A DNA stretch of 64,000 nt. Source: Rhina ancylostomus. Taxonomy: Eukaryota. The position numbers and the translations under genes are program-made. The stretch lies in contig JARFYF010000104.1 in NCBI GenBank assembly GCA_030265395.1, positions 86,224,833 to 86,288,832 on the forward strand, in the 5' to 3' direction. Under the pieces are notes generated by a model. The model ran no database searches and was not told where the DNA came from. It saw only the letters and a program-made list of their open reading frames with translations. Each line of letters starts with the position of its first letter. Position 1 is the stretch's first letter. Below are positions 1 through 13,334 of this stretch, in pieces.

Positions 1-1215
1 GTACTAATAGAACCTTTCTTTCAAAGTACACAGCATCATCTCTGCTATTTATTTGTGGCTCTTTACTCTCAGTTGCTTTAGTGTAGGAAAGAATAGCTTG
101 TGACCTAGGAGAAGCAAGAAATAGAAGATTGATCACAGAGCTCAAGTAAACATGATGGAGGAGCTAACCCGCTTCATGCTTTACTCTGTTCTAGCTCAGA
201 TTAGACTGTTATTTCTCCAAATGGTATTAAACCACTTGTAACAATTTTTAATTTTTTAAATCACCTCTTAAATCATAATTCCTTTACATCATGTGTTCCC
301 TTTTTAGTTAAGAATTGCTTGTAGCATTGAGGATGTGGATTTTTCCTCTACTATAAATGGTCCTTTACCCTTAGACATTTGATGAACTTCATCTCTGGAT
401 CTGTTTCTAAGAGGAATTGAAAATAGTTCATTGAGTCCTCGTAACCCTCATCAATCCCTCTCAAGTGTACACAGGTTCAATTCAGACCTCTTTCAGATAT
501 ATTTAGCATTGGAACTAAAGGGAGCAGATGGAGCATCTGAATCCATTTGATTACCAGTTCCTTTTTCATTGCTCTAATTAAGCTGTGATCAAAGTTATGC
601 GTGAAATATGCAGTTTCAATCTTATTTTCGAAGAAATGGCTTTTGTTTTTGGTTTCCTTTGTTTTTCACAACTTCTGCTTTTCCTATTACTGATTTTGGC
701 ATGAATGAAATGCTTCATCCAGTCCACAGATTTTTTTATGAGTTTAAGTAAGAAATGCTATCATCTAGTTCTGATTTTTTCTGTACCATGTGAAGGAATC
801 TTTTCAAAAAAACTCAACTCAATTGCTGAACAAGCAATGCTTAGCTTGATGCCACTTGTGTGAAATTGTATTGTACAAATGGCTCAGACCTAATAGGCAG
901 GAGTTGATTTCAGCTGGTGTGCCAAGGCCTTCTTTGGTATTAATTTTTATTGTCACTTTGGCATTCCCATCTGGACCGCTGCTAGGGTGCCTGAGGTATC
1001 AATCCTTTTTTCAGGCAGGTTCTTCTGTATATTTTATTCATTTCTTTTACTTTTCTTTTCGTTTTAATGGTTATTGTATGTCCCTCCCCTTCCACTGTCT
1101 ACTGATACGCTCAGACACTACGCAATCATCTTTCTTACCACACTCTGCACTTTCTCCCATCTCAATTATCTCCACAGTTGAACCTAATACCCCTCTGAGC
1201 ATTTCCCAACATTTT

Positions 1216-1466
1216 CAGAATCGGAATCGGGATCAGGTTTATTATCACTGACATATGTCGTGAAATTTGCAGATTTGTGGCAGCAGTACAGTGCAAGACA
1301 TAAAAATTACTATAAGTTACAAAAATAAATAAATAATGCAAAAGAGGAATAATAAGGTAGTGTTCATGGATTGTTCAGAAATCCGATGGCAGAGGGGAAG
1401 AAGCTGTTCCTGAAACGTTGAGTGTGGGCCTTCAGGCTCCTGTACCTCCTCCCTGATGATAGTAAC
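1216..1466 (-). mobile_element. Rex1/Babar-type LINE 3' end (ORF2 C-terminus, 3'UTR and short tandem tail)
   Basis: Minus strand translates LLSSGRRYRSLKAHTQRFRNSFFPSAIGFLNNP, matching the Rex1-type C-terminal motif LPSGRR..RFRNSFFP.AI..LN. It ends in AATAAA plus a degenerate (GATTCY)n tail (+ strand agaatcggaatcgggatc). Confidence 0.8.
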
Positions 1467-2040
1467 CCTCCTCCTTGATTGGTCTTCTTTTTCTTCTTAA
1501 ATTTACTTCCAAAAATTTAACTTTCTTTTAAATATTCTAATATGGACATTCATTTGCAGTTACCAAGTGAGTATCTCTCTCCTTCGGCCAGCCACCTGGA
1601 ACAGTGCCCAAAAAATTAATTCTAAAACCAACTCATATCTTTAAACTTATGCTGAACAGACGTGTATTCCTTCCCAACAACTGTTTGCCAGACTAACATA
1701 TTTTCAAATTTAAAAGCAGGTTTGGGGTTAGTGCAAGATCTCTCACTGCATGTGTCATCATTGATGAAAATTTGCCTTGAGCAGTAACTTAACCCTGATG
1801 AGATTTCTGCTACTCCTACCCTGTTTCTTGAAATATTAGATTTCGTAGCCATTTTGCAAATATCTGTTGTATTAAAGTAAGGAAATCCTTTTCAACTCAC
1901 TCATTGCATTAAGACCCATAGAATGCAGAGCTAATCCTGAAGAAAAGAAGTATTTAGTGCTCCTAATAAGGTTGTTTCAAATAATTCAAGCCACATTATA
2001 ACTCCGTTTGTGGGTCAAAAAACCCATATTGCTGATACAG

Positions 2041-2420
2041 TGTTTGGTAGCATTACGGTTAAGATAGTGGACTAGCAGCCAGCATTATGGATCATTGATC
2101 CAGAGATATGACGTCAAATCCCATCATGGCACCGAGGGAATTTAAATTCAAGTAATTAACTGAATCTGGAATTTGAAAAAAATCTTCCAGTTTCAGTATT
2201 GGTAACCCTGAAAGTTCTGGATTGTGGTAAAAATCCATCTGATATTAATGTCCTTCAGAGAAGATCTGCCATCCTTACCTGAATTGGTCGATATGTAACT
2301 TCAGACCCAACAATGTGATTGACTCTTAACTGCCTCCTCAATTTGGGAGCCATTAGAGATGAATGGTAAATGCTGGTGTTGGCAGTGATGTACTGTATGT
2401 GTCTTGTGAATAAATAAATA
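2041..2420 (+). mobile_element. tRNA-head SINE (family A here), near full length
   Basis: Has a degenerate pol III-like head (..gacgtcaaatccc..), aligns by eye along its length with 32289-32663, and ends in aaatgctgg..gaataaataaata. Confidence 0.7.
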
Positions 2421-5400
2421 GAGGGTAACAAATCAGTCTAGGTTCACCTAGCTTCTGATTCCTGCTGAGGGTTTTCTTTTGTAGACTGTGGAAAACAACT
2501 AGTAAGAAAACAAGTACAGGTATATGTAACTATAAGTCAATATAAAAAATATCTGATATTCTTGTGTTATCAGATCCAAATTTTATGCAAAATTATCTTC
2601 AATCCTACTGCAGATAAGCCTAAAGAGAAGTGATTCAACTAGTTCATCCCAAGGTTGAACAATTTCCTTCTGGATTCTGATCTATTCAGTAGACTAACTG
2701 AGCTGATGGGCCCTACCTAACCCAGGCAACCAGTTCTGTGTAACAACAGTGAGATTCTTTTGGGAGATGAGCACTTGTGTGAAAGTGCTGTTGGATCATT
2801 TTCAAAGTGATCTGATAAATGAACAGCATGGCCTCGTCTGTAGTGTCTGATATGGGGTTGATGACATAGTGCTCCAAGCTGCAGAGTCACTCTTTTCCTC
2901 CTGTGAGTACAACTGCTGTACAGATTTGTATTGATGAGAGTAAAGTCCTTGGTGACTCTATAGCTGCACTTGATTTTCCCTGATAAATTCACAGGAGGGC
3001 CAAAGATTTCTCAGTGTCTGTGAACACATATGATATAAAGTTCAGGTACCTTATCAACCCAGTGTTTAGGTTGCCAATCATGGAGAATACTGAGTAGGAG
3101 AAGACTTGCATGAAAGTAAAAGGATTAAATCTGACCAGAAATACAAATTTAGAAAAAGAAATGATGTGAATATGAATATTATTCTTGGCTATTTTAAATC
3201 ATATGCAAATATAATTTTACAGAGCCAACCTTCTGTCTGATGGAAACTATTCATCAGTATGCAGGAGCACAATCCATCAAGTGTTTTTCTATATATATGC
3301 ATCACTATGAGATATTATGTGAATACAATAATCAGACTAGATAACATATACATAGAATTCAACAAGATTACTTGCATCCTTAGTTAATCCACTATTAATA
3401 GGGATTAAAGTAAATGAAGAAATAATGTCAGACATAGAACTTTTTGCAATCACACATTTGAAGGACTATGTGTTCATAACTACAAGCATACAAAAGTTTA
3501 TACCTATGAGCACAGACAGATAAACAGTTAGAGATATTGAGATATACTGCCTGAAATGTTATTTTATGAAAAACTGCATTAACTGTTGCCGAGTGACCAG
3601 ACAAAACTGGAAAAATACTGAGCCGAAGATATAACAAAGAAGTGTATTTTTCCGAAAATAAAATTGCTTTCTTAATCATGATTTTGTCAGAATCAACCTT
3701 TCAATGGGAAGTTGTGAGATTCAATAAGTCAATTGAGAAGAATATTGAATACTTCGGCAAGAGAATCAAATTTCAGTCCTGTTCTTAATTAACTTCAGAC
3801 CATTCAGCTTCCTTTAGCGGGTTTGACCTGGGTGAGTTGTTGGGGTGGATGTGAGAAGTTGAATGACATGTTTAAGGCTGGGGTGGGATTGAAGTTAATT
3901 TCTTGCACTGCCTGAGGTCAAACAAGAAGCTGTGTTGATGATGTTAAATCAAGATTTCTTGCTACCCTAGCTGAAGGGCTGGCATGAATTTTGAGGCTAA
4001 CAGAGGAAGGGAAATGGTAAGGCTAGAAATGGTAGCATAAGTTTGTATTTTAACATTGATATTGACTTAACTCTTTTTAGTGGTATCATTAGAAAGTGTC
4101 ATTGTACCATTCTTTTTTTTAACCTTGAGAGCATTGTTTTCTCATGTGAAAAATAAAATATGTGCTTCGAAACTTCAGTGCACCCTAAAGATCTTGGAGG
4201 CAACTGACTGGGAGCTGCTCTTCCATCTTCAAGTGTGTATCTACCCATGCTCATTGGAAGGCTGGGTTCAGAATGGTGGGCAGCTGCAGGACCAATTTGA
4301 CCTGAACTGTGGCTGGGGGCAGCATTGAAGCCTGGTTCACATGGTTCAGGAGCATTGGGGAAGGGAGAGTGGAAGATGTGAAGATGAAGGTAAGTTGTTG
4401 ATGTACCTTTCAGAAGCTCTGATCCAGCACTGCGCTGTGAATACCATATTGTCCTAGGAGTGCAGTGTGGTCTAAGTTCTCTCTAAGTTTTGGACAAGAA
4501 TTGATGTCATCCTATGCACTGCTGACACGGAGACTGTGTTCAGAAACAACTCAGTGTCCATAAGTGTCAGGTTGAATTTCCAGTGTGATGCAGAATACCT
4601 GGAATTGGTTGTTATAGTGTTTCATTGTAGTAAAGCTGATTTTCAATTGCATTAAACAATGAATTTCCTGGCAATTTATTTTTGTTTTTTTAAATGCTGT
4701 TGGAGAAGTTTTAATTTAAAAAGTTCTGCTTATAACCCAGCATATACAAAACATCTTGTTGGCAAGATGTTTTGTATACTCATTTGGAGGTCCTGAGACC
4801 TCTTTTGTTATCACTACCCTCCTACTCAGAAATGAAATCTTGACAGGAATGATAAACGCCTCTTTATTGTTAAAAGGTAAATCAATTGTATCTGGGGTGA
4901 GAAGCCTGACCTACAGAAGTAAGTCTGTAACCAGAAAAGTGCCCTAGATTCACTGGCTATTGTGGAGGATCTCAATAAAATAACTTTTCCATACACTTTG
5001 TTTGTGGGCCTTAAAATAATGAAACATATGTTTTTCAAAGCTGCAAACTTGTTGCACATTATTGAGTATATTCCATTTACACAAGTGGAATCTCTTTTAA
5101 GTGCAATTGAAGGAAACAGATACGCTGCCATGTTGGCAATGGTAGCAGTGGCCAGTTTCCATATACATATTCAACAGGAGAGCTCATCATTGACAGCCAG
5201 AAACAGCCTTGTCTGAAAGAGCTGTGCGCTGCAGAAGCATGGTGCACATGGATGCATAAATAGTTCAGTTGAAGGGAATGTCTGTCTTTGAGATCCTAAA
5301 TATCTTCGTATTCAGTAACAGGTGGAGTTTGGTTCTGCTTACCATCCTAAAGCATCTGTTTTGACTTTGCTGTGAAGTTGTTGTGCCATATTTCAGATAA

Positions 5401-6584
5401 AAAAATCAACAGAGGTATTCTAGAGATCAGTGGGCATTAATGTTCTTCTCACTTCTCTCTTCCCAGCAACCTTTGTCTTCTACATTAGAAGCTTAGAAAT
5501 TTTTCCATAATCTTTGCTGTTGTAAATGTTTTACAGGATGTGTGTGCACGATGGGACAGGTTTTGACACATTCTTTCTCAGCTCCTCACCCTGCTGTCAG
5601 ATGAGGTGATGCTGGATAGCTAACTCACTGGAGCCAAAATCACAACCATGAACAACAACTTAGGAGTTTGAAATTACCACTTTACAACTACAGATACCAG
5701 ATTGCCTGAGTAGGGCTTTTTGAGCATTATATGAAATCTTCAAAACCACTTGTTTAAAAAAGTGCACTGTATTTGTATCATTATTTCTGCTAGCCTCTTG
5801 TTCTTTGAAGGAATGTAACTGTTTGATGATGTATAAATTTGTTGCAGATTATATATTTAAGGCCGTGTCATTAGACAAGGTTGTTGCATTATCAGTGAAA
5901 CTGACTTTATGATGTTCAATTCTGCCCATTTTGAGTGAATGAGAATAAATCTTAGTAGTATCTGAATGTAGGGATATCCAGGTCTCCTGGCCAACTTTCT
6001 TTACTCAAACAACATAACCATATGCATCTTATCTGATTATCCACATTTTTTTGTTTCTGTTGTCTTGCTGTGTGCAAAATGGAGCAACATTTGGCTACAC
6101 AGCAATAATGATCGTACTTGAGAAGTAGTCCATTGCAATGTGTTTTGTGATGGGGTACTCTGCACAGTTCTTTCTGTCTCACTGGCATTTATATTAACCC
6201 CCAGAATTCAAGGAAAATGGACATAAATGTTTTAGGACCTCCGCATTCCTGACCTTGCTGGGTTTCTCAGCTGCTTCTGGCTTTCCCCATACCCTCTCTT
6301 TCTCATCCCAATTATTGATTTTAAATTGCTGGGATATAAATTGAAGTGGCAAGGTTAAAAAAAAGCCCATTTTTGAAGAGGTCTTGTGGATATTTTACAA
6401 ATATTTGCTTAACTAAGGGCAGTATGTCCTTGCTCAGTAATGCATTTGCATTGGGGTTAGTCTGGAACAAGTTCATAGCGAGAGTGAATGTTTGCTGCTT
6501 TATTCAAGTTACATTTGCACACACACACACCATAATGCTCCTTACCTAATGCTGCCAAATTGTGATCATCATACCCTTATGAAT

Positions 6585-7120
6585 GTTTATGACCTGATAA
6601 TCTGTCTCATTGCTGTTGAGGGATACATGTTGCACTGGGCATCCCAATGCTCTTCATTTCTTTTACATCCCCTTAAATAGGTAGATGAGGCCTTGGTTAA
6701 TATTTCATTCAAAGGATGAAAGGCTAGAAGATATCTGAGAGTACCAGCCTAGACTAAGTAGCACCATAGAGAGATATAGGACAGAAACAGGCCCCTTGGC
6801 CCTCCAAGTCCACACTGACCATTGACCAACCATTTACACAAATCATACACACATACTAAGGACAATTTACAGTGGCCAATTCACTCACTAACTCACATGT
6901 CTCTGGGATATGGGAGGCAACCGGAGGAAACCCATGCAGTCACAGGTAGAAGGTGCATACTCCACGCTGACAGAACTGAGGTCAAGATTGAACCCAGGTC
7001 TCTGGCACTGTGGGGAAAGTGGTTCTACTAGCTGTGCCACTGTGCTGACAAGTGAAGGAAAGTGATTTAAACTCACAACTTTCTGATTTAGAAACAATTC
7101 ACTTGCCACTCAGCCATGAC
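6585..7120 (-). mobile_element. Deu-domain SINE (SacSINE1/AmnSINE1-like), split by an HE1-like SINE insertion
   Basis: Reverse complement of 7055-7120 gives the head (catggctgagtgg..cagaaagttgtgagtttaaatc), similar to about 58600-58660. 6585-6760 matches the central domain of the + strand copies at 36180 and 58600. Confidence 0.6.
6765..7047 (-). mobile_element. HE1-like V-SINE with CR1(HER1)-type 3' tail
   Basis: Reverse complement shows a tRNA head with A box (tggcacagctagt) and B box (gggttcaatctt), a V-domain (gcatgggtttcctccggttgcctccca..ggccactgtaaattgtcc) and a CR1-like tail (gggccaaggggcctgtttctgtcctatatctctctatg). Confidence 0.85.
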
Positions 7121-7402
7121 TGACACTTAAATTAATGCTTATTCCATGTGCAAAGAGACTGTGATCTGGAACACGACTATTGGAATGTGGCTTGCAAAGT
7201 GGAAAAATTTTAATGTGGCACCAAATTAACTCCAGACTACATTCACTATTGTGCAATACTGATAGCAAACTACAGATCTTGTAGAATGCAACATATATTG
7301 CCAGAAAATCTCCCAAATCCCAGAAAGAAACTGGAAGTAATAACAGAGAATCATTTGGGAACAGGAAGTAGGGAAAGTGGTAAGGACTCCACTAGTCCTC
7401 CC

Positions 7403-7632
7403 AGGTGGCACTATTCACAGAAGAGTCAGGAGGTTCTTCCAGTGTCCTAGCCAATACTTTATTCTTAAATATCATCACTGAAACAGATTATTGGGTCATT
7501 ATCTCATTTATGTGTGTTGGAGCTTGCTTAGTGAAACTTGACTGATGTGTTCCTGACCTTACAACTGTAAATGCATTTCAGCAGCACTAGGGAAAGTGCT
7601 GGGGATGTTGTAAGATGCATCATAAGTATACC
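7403..7632 (+). mobile_element. Deu-domain SINE, 3' half
   Basis: ggcactattcacagaagag..gtgtcctagccaata..aaacagattattgggtcattatctc..ggagcttgct matches 58770-58900. Confidence 0.65.
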
Positions 7633-8161
7633 TTTTGTGAACTATAGCCAAATTCTTCAGACAGTACCTATCCTTACCTCTTTATTTCTTTCATTTGGAT
7701 GATTTTCTCCTCATTCCATTGATGTTTCAGTAGTTTTTACTTTGCTGTCAGGATGTCATTACTTGTATTAGCTGGATAAGATGGGAAAGTGATTGATCTT
7801 AAAGTGAGAGGAAGAAGAATTTTACATAATACCTCCAGGGAAGCTGGAGAGAAAAACAAGCCAATACAGAGCACCATCATTTCCCTTTATCTCTTTTGGG
7901 CCCATTTCTGCTTTCCTCTTGTGAATACTCCTTTAGTTTTCGTGTCTGACGTGTCAACCCCTTGGGAGCTCCGTAAAACTGAAGAAGAGGTCCTTCTTCA
8001 GGTAGCTGTTCATTTGTTTACTAGGTGCTGTGCTAGTGTAGCTGTAGTTCTAAGAAACACCAGGAATTTTGCTGCAGCTGTCATGAGATTTTTTTAATTC
8101 CCTGCATTCTTACAGCTGTAATGGTCCCAGCCCTCAAATTTTAAATGGAGTTGGCATGGGC

Positions 8162-8184
8162 GGGGGGGGGGGGGGGGGTGGGGG
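8162..8184. repeat. poly-G run
   Basis: Seen directly; lies about 70 bp upstream of an assembly gap. Confidence 0.9.
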
Positions 8185-9319
8185 TTGTGGTTAGAAACCA
8201 TTATTTTAAAAAAAACAACCAAGGAAAAATTTTTGCCCAATTTTTGGGATTTNNNNNNNNNNNNNNNNNNNNNNNNNNNNNNNNNNNNNNNNNNNNNNNA
8301 ATTATTTTAAAAAAAGCAAGCAAGGAAAAATTTGTGCACAATTTGTGGGATGTCACTCATGAAACTGGTGGTATCACATGACTTCCCAGAATCCTCAAAT
8401 AAGGAGCCGTAGTTGAAAACACAGTCCACCGCTTCACAGTTGTCACAAAGGGATCTCTCAATGCAGAGACCCCTTTGAGACCTCTGAGAATTAATGGGAT
8501 TTTAAAGTTAGTATCTGAACATTCATTGTGCTGTGAAAGCTCAAGGTTGGCTTCTGAAGCTGTTTAGTATCCAATCCAGTGTACTGTTCTGAATGTGCAT
8601 TGAAGCAATAGAATGAAAGGATTTGCTCCATACAGCTAAAAACTGGTTATTTAATAGATGCACAATTTCACTGAAGGCATTATGAATTAGTACAAAATTC
8701 ATTTTCTTGTTTAAATCACTGAGTTTTCTTTTTGTATATTCTATGTGGCATATTTTCCTGGATACATGACTGTAGATGCAGACCCAACTTTGAACATACT
8801 TGTACTGCCTTGTTAGTCATGAGTATATTTGCATATCCCACACATTGCTCTTTTTGCAGTTTGCTATTAACCTTTAAGTTCTTGTGTTAATGACGAGTCC
8901 TTAACACAACCCTCTGCTGAATAAATACCTCCCTATAATCTTCTGTTCTCATTGCCTCCACCAGGAGATTCATTTAACAATCCTGTCATTTTCTCATTCC
9001 CCAGTCTATCCCACCTTGATGGGGCAGGTTTCTGAGACAGCTGATTGACTTCTACATTCTTACTCAAGTGGGGGTTAATTCATGAATGAGTCCTGAAAGT
9101 GCTTTACTAAAGTATTCATCATAGAAAGCATCGTATTTGATATTGCACCCAAATCTGTGCTCATCTTCCAAGCATGCATGTTTGATTCCCTTCAATTAGC
9201 TTGCATTACTGGCAGAAATGACACAAATTATATTTTGTATGACTGTGACAAAGGTGATTGATCTGTCCTCATGTTTCTCAGCTGACTTGCAGTTTGGATG
9301 TGGTTGACTTTTGAAAGGG

Positions 9320-9432
9320 AATTCAGGGAATTGAGGGCTATGGGGAACTGGCACAGAATAGGAGATGAGGCCTGGGACAGATTATTTTGAATAGAGGGGC
9401 AGGCTTTGGGCCAGATAGTCTACCCTGCTATT
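9320..9432 (+). mobile_element. CR1-type LINE 3' tail fragment
   Basis: gagggctatggggaactggca..gaatagaggggcaggct..gggccagatagtctaccctgctat resembles the chondrichthyan CR1 3'UTR terminus. Confidence 0.6.
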
Positions 9433-9539
9433 TTTAGTAGGCCTGACAATATTATCCACCTGGAGGGACTGACTTAAATGGTTCTATTCTTCTTCCAGAT
9501 ATAGACAGAGAGGCACATGCAATTGATCTTCTAAACATC

Positions 9540-9810
9540 CCCCAACCCCCTACTACCTCTGGTGGTGCACAAGGTTTGATCTTAGTCCTCATCTATGTGC
9601 TACCCCCTCGCAACATCAACTGAAAACATAGCATTAGCTTCTGCGAGGTGTATGCTGTGAGACCTCACCAACACCTCACTTACCCACATTTTATCTGAAT
9701 AAGTTGCATGTCTGGCATCTTCAGTTCAGCTGAAATTTCCTCCAGCTTAATATTGGGAAGGCCAAGGCCAATGTCTTCAATCTTCACCACAAGCTTCATT
9801 CCCTCACCAG
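9540..9810 (+). mobile_element. L2 LINE reverse transcriptase fragment (degenerate)
   Basis: Frameshifted translation gives TSGGAQGLILVL..IYVLP..NI..KHSISF..YA..NFLQLNIGKAKANVF, matching the L2 RT pattern SGVPQGS..YADD..NFLQLNIGKTE. Confidence 0.7.
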
Positions 9811-9811
9811 T

Positions 9812-9890
9812 GAGTTGTTTCTCTCTGCACAGCAGCTGTCTGACTTGCTGAGTTTTCACAGAATTCCATGTTCCTTTTTCATATTCAAGA
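9812..9890 (+). mobile_element. Penelope-like pseudo-LTR, partial
   Basis: gtttctctctgcacagcagctgtctgacttgctgagttttc matches the 3' part of the pLTR copies at 21100, 23970 and 44200. Confidence 0.5.
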
Positions 9891-10861
9891 CTTGTTCACT
9901 TATGAAAATACCTTAATAACTCATTGTTTCAATTATTGAATAGTTGCACCATATGGAATCTCTATCCATTTTTGCTTTGTATTTATTAGAAGCAGATACC
10001 AAGTTTTTCACATGCATTTCATATAAGGGGACAGAAATGAAATCTACATCCTTCATTTCCAGAATGTCCAACGCAACTAAGAACAAGAAAGGGAATCTTA
10101 CCTAGTTTAGGTTTCAATTGTTTTTATATTAATAAAATAATTTCTCATTTTGACCATTTGCACTTTGCGGATGGCAGTCATGTTACCTCCATCTCTTGAA
10201 CATCTCTTGACTTGAAAATTCTTATGAAGTAAACAGGTATGCACCTGGCCAAAGAGGTTTCTTCCTGATTTTACCCAGGTGTTCCTAATGAAGAATGATC
10301 AAGTGACATAATTTCTGAAGATATTATAATGCAAGTGTGTTCTTTCTTGCCAATGTAGTAGAAATCTAGGCTGGTGTGGTGAAGAGCATATGATTTAACA
10401 TATTTAGAAGATATCTGATTTTTGGATTACATTCAATCCTCTTTAAGGAGCTTTCTGTCTTTGGGACCCTACCATACATAGATACATAGGATGGAGTTAC
10501 TTCATTTGAACTCCAAACCTGAATAAAATCATTCCATTCACAATTTATATCTTTCCAGAATGATGTTCATACAGCTACACAGTTACATGAAATAAAAACC
10601 GGATTATTAAAAGTAAAGTTTTGAACTAAGTAAGGTGGAAGTCAAAAGCCCTTTTTATTTATGGTGCAATAGAGTTTAGAAAGCAAATGCTTTGCACCTT
10701 ACCTTCTGTTGGGTGGATCACTCTATCAGCCATATCTTCAGTTTGTCTTCCACTAGAAAATATGCTATGAAGGAAATTCTGTTCCATTCCTCTAACCGAG
10801 CCAAATTTAGTTTTATTTGCATCTAGTAAAGAGCTGCAAACTTTATGGCAGGTATCTGGAT

Positions 10862-11005
10862 GGAAAACAAAAAAAGCAAAGAGCTGGAGGAACTCAAGGG
10901 GTCAGGCAGCATTTGTGGAAGCAGCAGGATAGTCAACCCGCTGAGATCCTCCAGCAGTTTGTTTTTTGCTCCAGATTACGGCATCTGCAGTCCCTTATGT
11001 CTCCT
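10862..11005. mobile_element. Fold-back miniature Penelope-like element (inverted pLTR arms)
   Basis: gctggaggaactcaagggg is inverted to cccgctgagatcctccagc, and both arms match the pLTRs at 38210-38370 and 38970-39460. Confidence 0.7.
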
Positions 11006-13334
11006 GTCTGGACAGAACCTTCACGTGGTTCAGCTGATTCATATTTTCATAAATCTGGATGAAATTATTTGATAAATACCATCAAGGTTAAAGTCTGTTT
11101 TGAATTGTGAGGAGATTCTTGATTTTGTTAGAGTATAGTACATTGTTCTCTTGAGAATAGTGGCTAGCTATGTTGGAAATTCAATTCCTAACATAGAAAC
11201 ATTTTTCCATAGATATAGAATAGAATAGTGAGGCAAAAATAGCAATGGTGAACAAATATAAACCTCAGTAAAGTCTGTGTGTCTGTGAGGTGGGGGAAAT
11301 GGAGTCTATTAAAATACTTAAAATGAAAAGGAGATTGAGCTACATGTCTTATTCCAAAAAATTATCAGTGAACTCTGCTCTTTCCTTCCTCCATATCGTT
11401 TAGTGCAAAGTGTTCTAATACCATTTCCTTGAATATTTGTCTTGCAGATATTACATAAAATATTGCTGATTTTCTTTGTGGATCTGAGCACTCATCAAAG
11501 TACCTCAGTGTTGCAATAACACACTGTATTTTGTGGGAAAAAATAGCTCTGGAACTTAATAGCCAGAGTATTTTAACCATTAATTGTTTCATGGGTAGAG
11601 AGATGTTATTTTTAGTCTGATGCACTTTTAGTTATTACCAAAATATGTTGCAGGTCAACAAAAATAAACAAAATTAGATGTAGCCTGATGGATTTCCCAT
11701 GATCTTAATGTCATCTCACCTCCTCCTACTTGGAACATCTGACAGAATGCAGTAACTGAAGATGTCCCAGTGAGCAACCTCTCCCCTTGCCTCTAGCCCT
11801 TCCAAAGTAAACCATTGACCTTCCGGCTGGTGTTTGTCTAAGTCCAGCTTTGAATGTGAGAACTCAGAAGTAGGTGACATTGAAATTAGAGTTCAGCTTT
11901 GATAGTGTTTGAACTTCAGTTTGTGTACTTTTTGTGTACAGTAAAGTGGTCCAAATGATCCCAAGAAAATATCACTCTGAAATTTTAAAGTATGCATGCC
12001 GAACGGTTATTTCACTGATGCCCACATAGTTTATGTGCAGTTTATCTCATTAAATAACTCTAAGTAGATGACAGTTGTTGCATGTACTTCCATGCAATAA
12101 TTGTCCTCATTTTGGTTCTGTTACACAAAGGACAAAGAAATAGATATCTTTCCCCTTTTAACGTGCAAAGATTGGTACTTCTCTCACAAAGCACAATATT
12201 AATGTGTTCAATGCATCTGAATGACAGTGTAAAAATTTGTTAAAGAAAATTGGGGATTTACTTCATGGATTCCCAAGTCGACAGTTTTCTTTGCTAGCCC
12301 CACGTGCAGCTCACATGTGGCTGTGCCTGGAAATATGCAATGGCATCAAATGTTTAGCAGCACATGCCCAGCTGCCAATTTGGTGATATTTCATCAGATT
12401 GATAGTGGGGTCACTAAGTGGAAAGCAGTTTTTCACAGGACACATGAGGCAGAGTAAATAGTGCCTGTGGGGAAAAGTAGAAAACTTCTGAGTGACTGAC
12501 ACTGCCGATGGGGTAAATCCCGGTGTAACGGAGTCTGTTGTTCAGATTCCCTTTTGTGATAGGCACAGAATAAAGGAAACATTAAGAGATCTAGGAAGCC
12601 GTTGAATGGGGCGGAACTGTAGATGGTCACCCTTTGCGCTTAAAAAGAGTTGCTGTGATACAAGGTTTTGATGAGTCTGAGAGAAAGAAGTGTCTGCTAT
12701 TTAGTCTGGATCAGGCAATTCTCACTGGATTAATCCAAGACACCAAGCATGCTTGACCAGCTGTAACTGGTGAATTGCTTGTGAGTAGGGAAGGAGTAAT
12801 TTATTTAAGATCATGGCAAATTAATCAAGAGAAGGGTCACCAAAAATTAAAAAGGGACAACTTTCTATGAACTTGGTCCCTAACATGGGGCCTGATCGGG
12901 GGAAGAAAATGGAAGCCAAGGTAGGGGAATACTTGGAGAAGGAATTACATATGAAAGACAGCTGGGTATGTGTCATTGTGGCTGTGAAGGATCCCATCAA
13001 AGAGGCTGAAAAATGGGAGGGGTCTCCTGTGGCTAAGAGAAATTTAAAGTGGATAAACCTATGTGATTGTTGAAATATAGGGAGAGAAACAGCAGTTGAT
13101 AGAAGAACATCAGGAGAAGGATACAATGATATAGGAGATGATTGAAATGATACAGGAATAAAAAAGCTGAGAAAAAGGATGAAATGTTACAAAAAGAGAA
13201 TGTGGTATTTGTGAGATTAATGAAAAACTAGTTCAAGCAAATCGTTGGTAAGAGAATAAAAAAGGAAATGAATAGAGACAAGATGAAGATTCTTTAGTTT
13301 CTTATGATATTCTGCTATATTATTTGTTGTTTAT

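Noticed and set aside
856-1251. 131-aa ORF
   Set aside because: It has low-complexity F/S-rich composition, ends inside a Rex1 tail and has no recognisable homology.
4190-4396. GC-richer stretch ending in AAG|GTAAGT
   Set aside because: All three frames contain stops across the stretch, with no clear acceptor or recognisable peptide.
6990-7047. tRNA-like A/B boxes
   Set aside because: This is a SINE head continuing into a V-domain, with no cloverleaf tRNA gene.
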